Assembly: GCA_018398765.1 (NCBI GenBank)
Contig: JAHBMJ010000421.1
Coordinates: 62,001-126,000 of the forward strand
Reading direction: 5' to 3'
DNA from: Chromera velia
Lineage: Eukaryota
DNA: 64,000 nucleotides
Position numbers and translations under genes: made by a program. The notes beneath the pieces were generated by a model. It was not told where the DNA came from. It worked only from the letters and a program-made list of their open reading frames with translations, and ran no database searches. Position 1 is the first letter of the stretch. Each line of letters begins with the position of its first letter. Shown here piece after piece: positions 1 through 12,689 of this stretch.

Positions 1-190
1 GATGCGTTTGCGGAGGCGTTGAACGTAAAGCTCGCAGAGCAAGTCGTTTCCCAGGAAGGTGCTAGTTCTAGTTCCCAAACAGCCCGTGCCCGTCTAGCCG
101 TGCTAGGCCCGTGCCTGTCGTCTCGTATCCACAGCAGCAGCCGAAGACTTCACCGACCTGTCCTTCCTCTCCAGTGAGGATCGCTTCGTT

Positions 191-2543
191 GTGGAAGAGA
201 TCTTTGTTGCGTTTAAAGGTACGGACATCGAACCGTATTATACCGACTCCGATTCTCTTGGGTTTCACCCTGACACTGTGTTTCCCTCTCTTCCTTCGCA
301 GGCAGATGGCGCCGTCTTCTATGTGGGAGAGGGGGGGGATGAGGAGTTCTTCGATTGTGAGGAGACGGAAGAGTTTTTCGATTGTGTGTCTGGCAACACG
401 GAAGACTGCCGGGCTGCCGATTTCCAGGGGGAAGGGTTGATTGCAGAGAAGGCCCGCAGGTCTCGGCCTCCACTGCGTATCGACCTCGACTCCCAGTGCT
501 TTTTCACTCTCTGTTTTTGTGGTGCGGTCCAGGGAAGGATCGTCCGCGAGTGGCCTTGCGTCTCTTGTTACCGGGAGGTGTGGGGGCAGAGAGCAACTGC
601 GCAGACGACCACTCGCGGGATTGTTCGTTTTCACTTCCGTATTCCTGACAGCCGTGTCAAGGGGGTTCTTCTGTTGTACAACCTCTCGGATGATGAGAGC
701 GTCGGGTGTCTCGTGCACTGCCCCGAGTTGTCAAGGTTCGACGGGACTGCGACTCTTCGGGATGCGCACGGAAACCTTGTGCAGATTTCCCTTGACCCCT
801 CATCCGATTCACCCACGTACCCCTTCCATGCCTCAGCGCTTGGCGACAGGGACGAGGTGGCCTCCACCGGGCTTGATGAGTGCGAGCACAAGTCTTCGTC
901 GGCCCTAGTGACCTCCGCTCTGGGGTGCCATGGGAAGGAGAAGGAGGGGGGTTCCACCACCACTACTCGAGTGCCTACCAAATAGGAATTTCGGTCTCTT
1001 TCTCTCTCTTCTTCTTTTCCTTCTGATCTTCCCCCTGATGTGCTTTCTCGTGTTTTGCGTCAACACATTCGGTTTGGGCATGTATCAGAGGAGAGGTTGG
1101 TGAAGAGTTAGAAAGAAAATTCGAAGCAGTTTCAGCATTGTCTGTCTGTTCCCCGCCGTTTGTTGCAAGCTTCTTTGTCCTAGTATCCGTCATGCAAAGT
1201 AGTGAATACGACTTCTCCCTCTCTTCCGCTTTGCTCTTCTGGCTCTTCTTGGATGTCCGAAGTTCAGATGGATATTTTGGAAGTCAGACAGTGGGACGAT
1301 GAGTTGGAGGAGAAGGCTAGGGGAGAAGGTGCGTGCGTTTGGAATTCACTATATTCTTATGATGGTTGACAGACACACACACGTGACACTTGCTCATGCG
1401 CTGAAAAAGAAATCAGATGCTCTTTTTCCTGTTGTTGAGTTGATTCAGACTTATGCAGTGCCCGCTGTCCTTCGTGCAGACAATGCAGGTGAATTGTCTG
1501 CAGGGAAAGTTGCTGCCTTGTTGGCAGAAAAAGGATGTCGTGTTCTGCCGGGTGTTCCGTGTACTTCTCTCTTTCAGGGAATTGTCGAGCGATTCAATCG
1601 AACTGCGCGTGCTTTGGTACGCCATCTTGTGCACACCTTCCGTTTTCCTCTTGCTTGGTTTCCTGCGCTCTTTCGTGCTGCTGAGTGGTCGTATAATCAC
1701 ACGTCTGATGAGCAAGGGAAGTCTCCTCTTATGCGTGCCTTCGGTCACACACCTGATGTTCGTTACATGCCAGGTGAGTCTCTTGTGTTTGTTCCACAGG
1801 ATGTGCAAAAGACTCTGCGTCCCCCCGGAAAGATTGGTTTCTTCCTTTTTACCGCTTCTTCGCATGAGTGGCAGCTGGTAGAATGGAACTCTGCCAAACG
1901 GCAGTGGGACAGGGTGGTGAGACATCTTCCTGATCCAAGAGGGCCTGCGTGCACTCGCCCAACGCCGGGGGTTCTTCTGAGGTCTGGACTGGTGGAGTTT
2001 TTGGGAGAGTGGGTGTTGGATGGGCTTGTATGCCCGACAATGAAGCAACGCGTGTCGCAAGATGACACGACTAGGAAGGGGGGTGAATCTTCTTCTGTGA
2101 TTCTTTCTGAGCCGCCTTCTTTTCCTTCTTCTGTTTCTTTGTCTTCTTCTTCTGATTCTTCTCTTTCTTTTGTTTCTCCAAGTCGTCCTTCCTTTCGAAC
2201 TGACTTCTTTTTGTACGGCGAGCCTGTTGCCGAGCAGCTGAGACGTTCTTCTCGCTTCCAGGCCGGGGGGGGGAATGAAAGGGGGAAAGGAGACGGGGGA
2301 GAAAAGGGAGAGGAAGAATGGCCAGTGCCTGATGATGTTGATGTTGTGCCGGAAGGAACAGACCCCTCGACTTTCTGTGGCCGCTGTCTTGTTTCTGGCC
2401 ACCATGCGTCTGTGTGTGCTGTTTCCATCGAAGGGGTGGGAGCTGAGCCAGCAGACCCGCAGGCTTTGCTTGATCACACAGGCTGCACGCAGATTCCTGT
2501 GTCCGTGTCTGATCCTGCGGTGAAGGAAGGAAAGTTTGAATAG
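191..2543 (+). pseudogene. Copia protease-like and integrase region, disrupted
   Basis: In-frame TAG stops at 983, 1109 and 1181, and a frameshift near 1330 between EVQMD and HYILMMVD. Confidence 0.85.
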
Positions 2544-2546
2544 GCA

Positions 2547-4054
2547 ATGGAGAATGAAGTGTACAAGTTTTCTTCTTATGATGTTTTTGGAGAATTAATT
2601 TCGCAGTCTCTTTGCGCTGTTGTTCTGTTTTGTAAGTGGGTGTTCACGTGGAAACTGAAAGACGGGAAACGAGTGCCAAAAGCTCGACTCATTTGTGCTG
2701 GGCATCCTGGACGAGACACTCATGAGTGTGAGACATACAGCGGTACCCCTGATACCTCTCTTCTTCATCTCCTTTTTGTTTTCACTCTTGTCAGTCGTTT
2801 TACCATCGCAATCACTGATATTCAAAATACTTTCTTGCAGTGCCCGATTATAGGTTCTGCTGCCTCTGTTTTTGTTCGTCTGCCTCCTCTTTTTCCAAAA
2901 AAGAGCTTCGGTCTCCAGCCAGGGGGGGTGTATTCGCTAAAAAAAGCAATGTACGGACTTAAAGATGCGCCGAGAATGTTTACTTCTTGGCTGAAGACGA
3001 AGCTGCAGGCTCTTTTCTTCTTTGAGATTGCAGAGTCTATTCTTGTCCGCCTTTCTTCTCGCGTCCCTCCCTCTCCTCAGGTAGAAGAAGTCATCACTGA
3101 TGTGAAAGTGATGCCTGTCGAGAGCGCAATGCAAATGCATGTCGATGATTTGATTTGTTTTGCCAGAGACGCTAGAAAGACATTGAAAGAAGTGACTGAG
3201 GCAGTTGAGTCAGATGAGGTGGGTGAGGTGACAGACAGGCCAGTGAAGTGTGTAGGAATGGAGTTGTCGCATGACAGGGAAGGGGGGGAGATTAGACAGA
3301 GTCAGAGGTCATATCTCAATCCAGAGAAGATCCCTCCAGGAAAGAAAGGTTCGAAAAGTCTAGATAAAACAGACTTTGCTCAGCCGCAGCCAGAGGAGAT
3401 AGACATGAAGTATGAGGCTCTCTATCGTGCTCTTTTGGGCATGCTTGGCTGGATGACGAGAACGAGGTGGAATCTTGCGTTTGCATTTTCTCAGCTTGTT
3501 AGATGGTCTTCCTTTCCCTCTGTTCGCGTCTTTCGGACTTTGTGCACTGTGTTGCGGACTGCTGTTGCAGAAGCGAGGGACTTGGTCTTTCATGCAGTCA
3601 GAAATCCAGAAATGCGCTTGTGGGTAGATGCAGTATATGATGATCGATTATGTAAATCGCGAAGTGGTTTTATTATTCAGCTTACAGATCGTTCCTGGGA
3701 CTTTTCAGTCAGATGGAACATGCTTGATTGGGCTTCTCACAGAGAGAAGCGGCTGGTTCGTTCGACTGCAGGAGCCGAACTATTGGCTCTTGTTCATGGT
3801 ATTGTTCATGTTCCTTTTTGTTGCGAAATGTTCGTCTCCTCTTTTCAGATGTGCCCCTCAGAATCATGACTGATTCAGCTGCTTTGGTGGATCAGTTGAA
3901 GAGTAAAAAGTGTCAGAAGGAGCCTACCTTACAGGGAAGACTCAATTTCGTGCTTCAAGAAATTCGGTTTCTCAAGGCAACGTTCAAGCACGTTGAAGGG
4001 GAGAGGCAGCTTGCTGATTGCCTGACTAAGTGGCGTCATCTATCAATTGCGTAG
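2547..4054 (+). pseudogene. Copia reverse transcriptase (RVT_2-type) and RNase H, frameshifted near 3830
   Basis: ORF 2547-3869 has RT motifs and the RNase H N-part. The TDS...ADCLTK tail continues in ORF 3728-4054. An in-frame TAG at 2541 separates it from integrase. Confidence 0.9.
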
Positions 4055-4077
4055 CCATGTTATCCTTGAGAAAGCTT

Positions 4078-4087
4078 AGGGGGGGAG
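4078..4087 (+). other. Polypurine tract; the 3' LTR is expected to start at about 4088, but its end cannot be defined
   Basis: AGGGGGGGAG about 25 nt after the pol stop, typical of copia elements. Confidence 0.65.
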
Positions 4088-5216
4088 TCGCTTGGTGTAG
4101 AGCATGATTAAAGTGAGCCTAGAGTTTGAGGTGAGCAGCATGATTGACTATGGATTTATTCATGCATATATCTAGAAATATAGGAAACGGCTCGGTCCTG
4201 ATGAGCGTTTAAGAACGAACTGATGCATGGTTGAATGTGATTTGAGTCCATACTTATGTATGTTCTGTCACTGGTCTCTTTGACCACGGCATAGACCCGA
4301 AAACCCCGTTCATTCTGCATCCGATTGTCAGCCTCATCCTTCCATTTTTTTAGTAGCGCCAAAGCTTTTTTTTTACTCCCGTCTCCCGGATCTGGTGTGG
4401 GTGGTAGAGTTTGGCCTTAGTTCCTATGCAATGAATGTGCCCCCCTCGGCGAATGAGACGCTCCTGGACCATCCTCCCGTCTCTTCACGTCAGTACTACC
4501 AAAGACATCCTTTCTCACCTGAGCTTTTAGTTGACTCTAAGTTGAGTTTTATGCAACACCCTGCCCTTCATGTGTTGTTTATGTGTTGTTTAGACTGGCA
4601 GGTTTTATCAGCTGCATGGGCGTGCATGGCGGTGTGTGCATGGGCGCGCCCATGCAATTGCGCCGCGCGGCGCCGCTATAGGGACTATAATAGGGTTCAT
4701 CCATTTTGGGCGCCGCCACGCAGGAACCGCATGTGATCCGCTCATTGCATGCTTCTGAGTGACATTGCTTCATATTGCTTCAAACTTTGACTTGATGGTT
4801 CTCAAAAGATGTCAAAAGTCCAGTCTACTCCCTTTTTTTCCTGCGAGATTTCCGAGGAAGTTCCGCCTCTCGATCAATTCTGCCGCTTCGGATTGTTGAC
4901 GGTAGCAGATCGCATCTCTGACTTGTAACGGCCGGCATTTTGTGTGCGTCTGAACCATCGGACTGAAAAGCATAAACACGTGCGCCAGAGTCCCAGCGGC
5001 TCCCAGTTTTCACAACGCTTGGAGCCTTTCCTTAGAGCCTTTCCTTTTTGTCGTCGACTTTCATCGTACTCCTACCACGTGAGCAGATCAGACACTCGGA
5101 AAGCAGACGTCTGAGAGATATTTTCATCTAGAGACGGAGGGGCGGTTGTAGGCTTCCGTCTGCGTCTTTGCGGAGGCTGAAATTGGGTGATCAGGCCCTG
5201 GCCCAAAGCCAGAAGC

Positions 5217-8200
5217 ATGTCGAAGCTGAAGGAGAAATTCGCCCGCAGACAGCAGCAGCTCCTCCAGCAGACAGGAGGACGGGGGGGTGCTGCCTCAAGT
5301 TCGGCTTCTTCCACGCTCCTTGCGCCGTCCCTGAAGCAGCCAGACACAAAAAGTGGGCCCGAAAAGCAGCCCTCTCTTGCCGCCGCGCTCCAGGCCCCAG
5401 AGTCCTCCAACCACTCTGCTTCTCCAGTAGAAGCCCCTGAAGCAGCAGCAGCACCCGATGGGAAGGGAATAGAAAAGGAGACGGCACAAAAGGATGAGGA
5501 GGAAATCCGACGACAACGAAAAAGACCGAGAGAGTTACAGCCTCGTCCCCCAAACTTAATCACAGACCAAGCCGCTTCGGCCAGCCCCGTAGAAGAAGAC
5601 AGGAGACCAGTCTCTCCGATCTCAGCCAAGGGTTTAGAGACGCCTGCCGATGCCGTCTCCCCTCTCCCTTCCCCGGCAGCCGTCTCTTCAGAAACCCCTT
5701 TTCCCCAAGAGCCGCCATCAAGTGCAGAGGAAGTCCGGGCGTTCGTTGTTCTTTTTCTATGCAAAGCCGAGCTGTACACTTGTCCCTTAGGGGTGAGTGC
5801 CTTCCTCCGAAACTTGCGAGGCATTTTCAAAGACAGACAGAAACAGAGAAAGGCCCTTCAAGTCTTCACCCCCCAAGCCGTCAACAACGCTCTTTCATGG
5901 GCAAAATCTGCCGGTGCTTCTTCCGAGGAAAAGGAAACGGAAAAGGGTGGAGCAGCAGGATCCTCACCGTCCTCTCCTGCGGCCTTAGAGACCCAGACAG
6001 TGGGAGGATTGACGGTGATCAAATCTGTCGATCGTGCGTTGCTCGAGTCTCGCGTCCTTCCCCTTTGCTCCTCTGCTTTGTTAAAGACACTTCCAGACGC
6101 AGGGGGGAAACGACGATTGAGCCCAAATGATTCACAGGCGAGCCCAAAATCCTCCTTGGCCGTACCTCTGAGTGGAGAGGGGAGGGCTCAGGGGAATAAA
6201 AAGGGAAGGGCCAGTCCTGCGGGTGTGGAGCTGGAGAGCGAGAGGAGCTTTGGGACCTCCACACAGCGCCCACCCACCGGAGGCCCCGGCATGCCACTCC
6301 CTTTCCGCCCACAGGGACCCCCCAACGCGCAGATGAGTCTTCAAGAGCGGGGTGCGGGTCCAAGTCAAGGAGGTGGGGGCGGAGGGGGGGCTGTTGGATC
6401 TCGGCGTAGGGGGGGGGACGAGGACCTGGAGGCGCTCTTGAATGCTCCTTCAGCAAGGGTGGGTGGGGGGTTGGGTGGGGGGTCGTTGTGCTGATAAATC
6501 GATTTGCGCGTGTTTTCTTTTGTTTCTTCGATTTTTTGGCGTCCTTCCTTCCTCCTTTCCTTCTTTCTTTCCTTTTCCCCTTCTTTCCTCTGTTTCCTAA
6601 CTGCTTCTTTTTTTCTCTTTCTTCTCGTTTCGGAAGACTTGCCTGCGCTGCGACTCGCATGCTTTTGAAGAAAAGACCTGGCATACGCACGTGGAATGGC
6701 AGACAGAGAGGCATGCATGCAGGCAGGCAGGAAAAAAAGACTGCGCATGCAAGCAGATCAAAAGACTGTGCCACGCACATGATGTCAGAGAGTGGTTGGT
6801 TGAGCAGCGGGTTTCTTCTTTTCTTCCCCTGTGTTTGTCAATTCTTCTTTCTGCATGCAGGAGAAGGCCTTGAAGGACGAGGGCGTGCATTTATTTTCAT
6901 ACAGGGCTTAATGCAAAAATCGATTCTTAATTCTTTCTGCATGCAGGAAAAGGCCTTGAAGGACGAGGGCGACGAGCTGTCCAAATTGCTGGCTGCTCCC
7001 AGCGCCCTGCAGGCTCTGACTGCCAAAAAGTTTCAGAACCAGAAGGGCTCATCTCTCAAAAGAATTTGTGCCAACGGAACGAAGGCCGACTGTTTTGTGC
7101 GTCACCTTCACCAGAACGGAGTCGGAAGGATATGCAACAAAATACACTTCAGAAGAGTCATCTTGCCTCATACAGGTAAGGAAAATTGTCTGTCAGAAAG
7201 ACAGAGGAGGGAAAACATGAAGCAGGCGAATGGATGTGAAAAAGAGAGAAATCGTGTCAAAGAAAGAAACAAGGTTCTCAGCTGAGAGAAAAACGAAAGT
7301 GCCATCAAAGCGCGTCCTGACTGTGGGTCCAGGGAGGCCTTTTTTGACCTCAACCTCGCCAGGCAACTGTCTGATGGCAGGCAGGCAGGCAGGCAGGGAG
7401 GGAGGGAGGCTGCGTGGTTGACCCGACACTGCATTTGCAATGCGCTCTCTGCCTGTCTTGTATCTGACCCATGTCTTTCTTTGCTTTTGTTTCTTTTGTT
7501 GCAGACATGTCCCTTGGCGACTGTTCGTATCTTGACACCTGCAGGTCCGTCGGTTCGTTCGTTGGCCTTTGATGCCTCCTGTCTCGTGATTTTCTTTCTA
7601 GGCTGTGGACTTCCACTTCGTGTCCGTTCGTTTTGTCTTGCCTTGTCTGGCCGTCAGCACTCTCCTTTCCTTTCATTCCGACATCAGCTGACTTTGTCTC
7701 GGCCTTCTTCTTTTTCACTGTCTGCTTCTTGCTGAAATTCGTTCCATCCTATTTGATGTCTCTCGCCTTTTTGAAATGCAGGAACATGAACACCTGCAAA
7801 TTTGTCCACTACGAGGTTGACGTCTCCAGCGAGGAATTGATCGAGCTCGCGGCAGAGGGCAGGTCGGTTTCTGACTGTGCATTCTTCATTCATGTTCACA
7901 TAACTTCATTCTTTCTTATGTGTGCAAGCAGACAGACATGAGAGAGATGCATGAAGAAGAAGGAGAGGGAGGCTTCGATGCATCAAGGGGACAAACAGCC
8001 AGAGAGAATCAATCAGGTATGCATGTTAGCTGGGAGATGCATGCGTGGCCCGTGTACGAATGAGTCTTTCCATGGGTAGATCGAAGTGAGAGACAGTCAA
8101 ATACTGCCTTGTAAGCGGGGAGAGCGGGCGCGGTTTTGCCTCTGCGGAAGAACGTAAATTTATACTGCCGCCACAGTTCTTTCTGCTTTAACGCCGACGT

Positions 8201-8778
8201 TTTTTGTTTGGGCGGTGTTTCCCTCCCTCTTTGCAGGCCCGTGGGAGATGCGCGTTTTGACATCGGCATTCGATCGGCTGAGAATCTGCCCGAGTGGCCT
8301 GCACAGTGGATCAAGTGTGATATTCGAACTTTCGACTTCACGATGTTCGGCAACGACGTGAAGGTTGTCATGGCAGACCCCCCGTGGGACATCCACATGA
8401 GTTTGCCTTATGGGACAATGAGAGATGATGAGATGACAGCAATGAGGGTGAGTAGGGAGAGGTGCAGAGAGAGAATATGAAAGGGGCAGACAAAACATGG
8501 GAGCGTGTGTGTGCGCGACAGGGGGGTAGCCGAGGTGGTATCTTTCTTTGTCCGTTGCCTGAATTGATGATTGTGTCACGAGGAACGAGAGCAAGGGCGG
8601 AGAGAGTTCTGATGAGAGTGTGTAGTTTTTTTTGTACCGCTTTGTTGTTGATATGTTCTTTTGCATTTAGTTGATCTCTCACAATCCTTTTTTTTACTTG
8701 CCTCTCTGTCCCACCCTGTCTCTCGTTCGCGCTTTGCTTTTTCCCCCTCCATTTCCCTTTCTTGTAACTCAGATGAAC

Positions 8779-8826
<48 letters not shown>

Positions 8827-10678
8827 GCTTCCCTCCCTAGCCACGACTGGGGGTCCAACAACGAGGGGTTCCTCATATGAACATATGCGGGTTCGAGGGA
8901 TTGGATGCAAATACCCCTCCCAAGCGGAAAGAAACCGAGACTGTCCTTCCTGATATGTGCAGGTTGACCAGATCCACCAAGAGGGAATCATCTTTCTTTG
9001 GGTCACTGGACGGGCCATGGAGCTTGCACGTGAGTGCATGCAGGTGTGGGGGTACAGGCGGGTGGAGGAGTTGATCTGGGTGAAGACCAACCAGCTGCAC
9101 CGAATGATCCGCACAGGCCGCACAGGGCACTGGTTGAACCACTCGAAGGAGCACTGCCTGATTGGGATCAAGGGGCCATGCCGATGGGCCAACAAGAACA
9201 TAGACTGCGATGTCATTGTTGCAGAAGTCCGGGAGACCTCCAGAAAACCAGATGAGATCTACCGGTCAGTCGCCTGCTGTTCCTCTAGCTCGGCATCTCC
9301 CCCCCCTTCTTTTTCTTTTTCAATAGGAAGGAGGGACACTCTCTCGGAGAATGTCTTTCTCACTCATTCAGAGTGTTGCGGTCGATTGAATTAGAGAGTT
9401 GTGGTCACACGAAATTCAAAAACAGACACCCCATTTTCCACATCCAATCCAGTGTTGTGGACGTGTTTTCTTTCTTCGCTCACCATGACACTTTTTGCCC
9501 CTCTGTTGACTTTCGCGTTTCATGGGCTTTCCCTTCCCGCTAGAATCTTCGTCTAAATTTTTTCTTCTCCCTCCTTGTCTCTTCGGGACCTCCCAGGTTC
9601 GTTCCGTCCTTTCGCATAAATAAGTCGACCCTCTTAGTAGTATCTCCCCTCCCCTTCACTTGAAGGAAGACTCGCTCGTCTCTATCTCTATCTATCTATC
9701 TATCTATCTATCTCTATCTCTCCCCCCGTATGTGTGAACGAGGGAGCAGAATTATTGAGCGAATGGCCCCCGGGTGTTTGAAGGTCGAGCTCTTCGGTAG
9801 AATGCACAACACACGAAAGAATTGGATCACTCTCGGTCAGTGTGAGAAGAGAAGCGGATGTGAGAAGAGAAGGGGGGAGCAGCTAGTGGAAGGTGAATCA
9901 AGAAGGGCAGGGCAGCAAGGAGAGGGGACAGAAAGTGCAGACTTTCTTTTATTTCTTCGGAGAGGAGAGCAGCAGTTTCCAAGATCGGAATGCCATCTTC
10001 AAAGACACTGGGGTTTTCTGCTCAAAGGTCAAACTCTTCAGTATGTACAGAAACCTCTCCACAGCCTGCTCCACTTTTTCTGTCGCTCTGCTCGTGTGTC
10101 ATTCGTGGTGATCAGTAACGAATGGCACGTGAGTGGGCATACGGGGTGATGCCATTATGTGACTGTGCGTATGTGTATACGGGTTCTCCGATTTCTCCTG
10201 ATCCGCTCCTGATCTCTGTGCAGGCAACCAGTTGAAGGGGGTCCGTTTAACCGACCCAGGGCTGCGGCAGAAGTACAACGCAGTGGCACCCCGTCTGAAT
10301 CTTCCCTTGTGCGACAACGAGACGGGAGAGACAGTTGCGCCCCCTCCCAGTGTCAGAGAAAAGGAACCAACAGAGCGGAATTTTGGAATGGGAGATGAGG
10401 CGGGGGGTCAGGGAAATGGGTCTTTCCAAACCGCACCCCACAATGGTTTTGGTGCTGCTTCCTCCCCAGCCCCACCCGGTGCAGTTCCCAACGGAAGCAT
10501 GCATTTATCTGAGGCCGATCGGTTGTTCGAGATGGGGACTGGAGAGGAGTTTGTGTCGGCAGGTCATGATGCGTCCATGCACGCAGCTGTTGGAAATGGA
10601 TCGACGTTTGACTTCAGGGCAGACGCCAGTGCCAGTCTTGCAACACAGAAGAATGATGTTCAAATGACTGGGCCTTAA
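5217..10678 (+). CDS. METTL3: mRNA N6-adenosine methyltransferase catalytic subunit (MT-A70/METTL3/IME4). Approximate exons: 5217-6458, 6947-7175, 7505-7544, 7782-7862, 8237-8447, 8963-9264, 9750-9835, 10224-10678
   Basis: Spliced translation gives the CCCH fingers (C..GTKADC...[28 protein letters not shown]), QWIKCDIR, catalytic [55 protein letters not shown] and [12 protein letters not shown] junctions found at each exon. Confidence 0.96.
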
Positions 10679-12016
10679 CCATTTGTAGTATGTGCTGTTT
10701 ATTTTTTTTTTTTTTGTAGTCCCAGGTGTATAAGTGCCGCATCCACAATGCATGATAATTAATTATTAATTTGTATTAAATTAAAGCAATATCAAATATG
10801 TATATAAGTTATGTAGATTGGTACCACTGTTTTGTTAGCTTCTGGGCGCTATAGTCTGTAAGCTAGGTCAGAGCAGCTGACAGAGCTTAAAGTTTTATTT
10901 AGGCCTGAATCTTAGCCTAGGTTTAGGCAGCATTATGCTAGGATATTTAGGTTAATTTAGGCGTATTTCAGGGTTTTCCTGAACTTTTTTCTAAATTTGT
11001 TTGGTTACTTAATTATACATAATTATATAACAAAAATTAATTGGAATCATTGGATTTTAAGCCAATACCTAGGCCAGTATAAGCCAGGATAAATATAAGT
11101 TAGCATAGACAAACTAAGACAAACCTATAGAGATAAATATACTGATACAAACAATTAATGTATTAAACAATGTCAAATATCTAGGTTAAATATGCCTAGA
11201 AATATGCAAAGAATTTTAAAAAATCTGTCAGTGAAATCAAGAGGAAAAGCCAGATTAAGCCCTGGATTAAGCCATATAAAGAAAGTATTTTTTTTTCCCC
11301 ATTTTTTTTACTAGCTATATAACTCTTTCGGAAGAAGCATGAAACAGAAAAACACTCAAAAAAAAAATAAAAATTAAGTATTAAAAAAAAACTGATGATA
11401 AGAATAAATGTAGCTATAGTGTAGAAATGTAGAATAGTCTAGAGAATAGTGCTAAGAATAGTGATGCCTAAAGTGATGTAAGGAGAGTCTTAAGAAACAT
11501 AAAAGTCACACAATATGTAATAGCCTAGGTAATGATGATAATGATAATGAGGTTGACTAAACCCGGCAGCCATCGTGTCCCAATGGCAGAGGGCAGTCTG
11601 GGCATATATGCATTGCTAGCCTAGGAGCATAAAAGCTCACTCAGAAAGGCCACACTGAGTCAACCAGAAACTAGCAACCCCTTGAAGAGGAGCAAGAGAT
11701 ACTGTTAAGGTCTACTTAGAGGGGTTGGCGCTGGTGAGTGCTTACAGAGGTTTAAGGGTCTTCAGGGCTTGATATCGCTGGAGTGGTTCAGGTCGATCTC
11801 CAGTCAGACTTGATCAGTATTATGAGCATAGAGCTTTCTTGTGATTCGGTAATCGATCTGATTTCATTGTAGTCTTCCAGAAAGTCTTTTGGAAGTCTTT
11901 CATATGATTTCGATCGAAGTATGACACGCCAACATCTGTATGATGCAGGACGTTTACATCTTGCATCTCCTTTCTTTGATACTTAAAAAGGATATAGCGA
12001 GGATTGAACCCATGAC

Positions 12017-12206
12017 TGTTGCGGACCTTTGGACCTAGGCTCGATTTAGTCCTTAGAGTAATACAGAGAATTAATAGCATTAAATACATACTGTAATACA
12101 AAGGCATGCACGTCTGTATCTCAGCCTTTGCAATACAGATTGATTGAGCCTGTTAGAAGGACCGAGTCTTTCCTGATCGATAGGGAAGGCTCTTGTGTGT
12201 CTGACA
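12017..12206. repeat. 190-bp LTR-like direct repeat, copy 1 (TGTTG...TGACA)
   Basis: Near-identical to 12690-12879, with TG...CA termini. Confidence 0.85.
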
Positions 12207-12565
12207 AATTCTCTGTATTACTCTAAGGACCAAATCGAGCCTAGGTCCAAAAGTCCGCAACAACCACAGGTTGTTGCGGACCTTTGGACCTAGGCTCGAT
12301 TTCACCTCAACTGCCCTCACTCTCTTTCCTCTCTTCTCTTCCTGCATCGACTTGGGAAGCGCTTCCCCTCTCTCTGGTTTCTTGTCTCTCGGCCACTCTT
12401 CTCCAAGGCCAAGCTCGTCAATCATATCCGATGCGGACTCTGACGCCGCTCTCTTGCTTTTCTCTCTCTCTTCCTCTATTTCTCTCTCCTCTCTCCTTCT
12501 CCCCTTCATCTCCTCTCTCACTTCCTTTGCCATCCTCCATAACTCCAATCTGTCTGTAGAGATCG

Positions 12566-12689
12566 TCATGCTCTTTCCTCCAACAGAATTTGCTTCGCCT
12601 TCTTTGCCTCCCGAGGTAACACCCCCTCTGCAAAGTATTTGAAATGATCCTTGAACAGGGGGTCTCTCGGTAACTCCTCGGGGTGTGGT
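12566..12689 (-). pseudogene. Possible Ty3/gypsy pol fragment (region between RNase H and integrase)
   Basis: PRDPLFKDHFKYFAEGVLPREAKKAKQILLE resembles the gypsy pre-integrase D-x-Y-x-x-G-x-LP segment and lies between the LTR-like repeats. Confidence 0.4.

Larger units (their letters stand above)
1..4087 (+). mobile_element. Degenerate Ty1/copia LTR retrotransposon internal region (protease-like, integrase, RT, RNase H), cut off at the 5' end by the window edge
   Basis: Copia domain order: LDSQC protease-like motif; HIRFGH pre-integrase motif (~1064-1081); integrase QMD...MMVD...LRADNAGEL...QGIVERFNRT; RT CKWVFTWK...KARL...LKKAMYGLKDAPR...HVDD; RNase H VDA...AELLAL...TDS...ADCLTK; purine run at 4078-4087. 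Confidence 0.95.

Noticed and set aside
1413..2477. 354-aa antisense ORF over the integrase
   Set aside because: Arg-rich shadow of the pol frame with no motifs
2541..2546. Programmed read-through at the TAG between integrase and RT
   Set aside because: Several other stops and frameshifts show the copy is decayed
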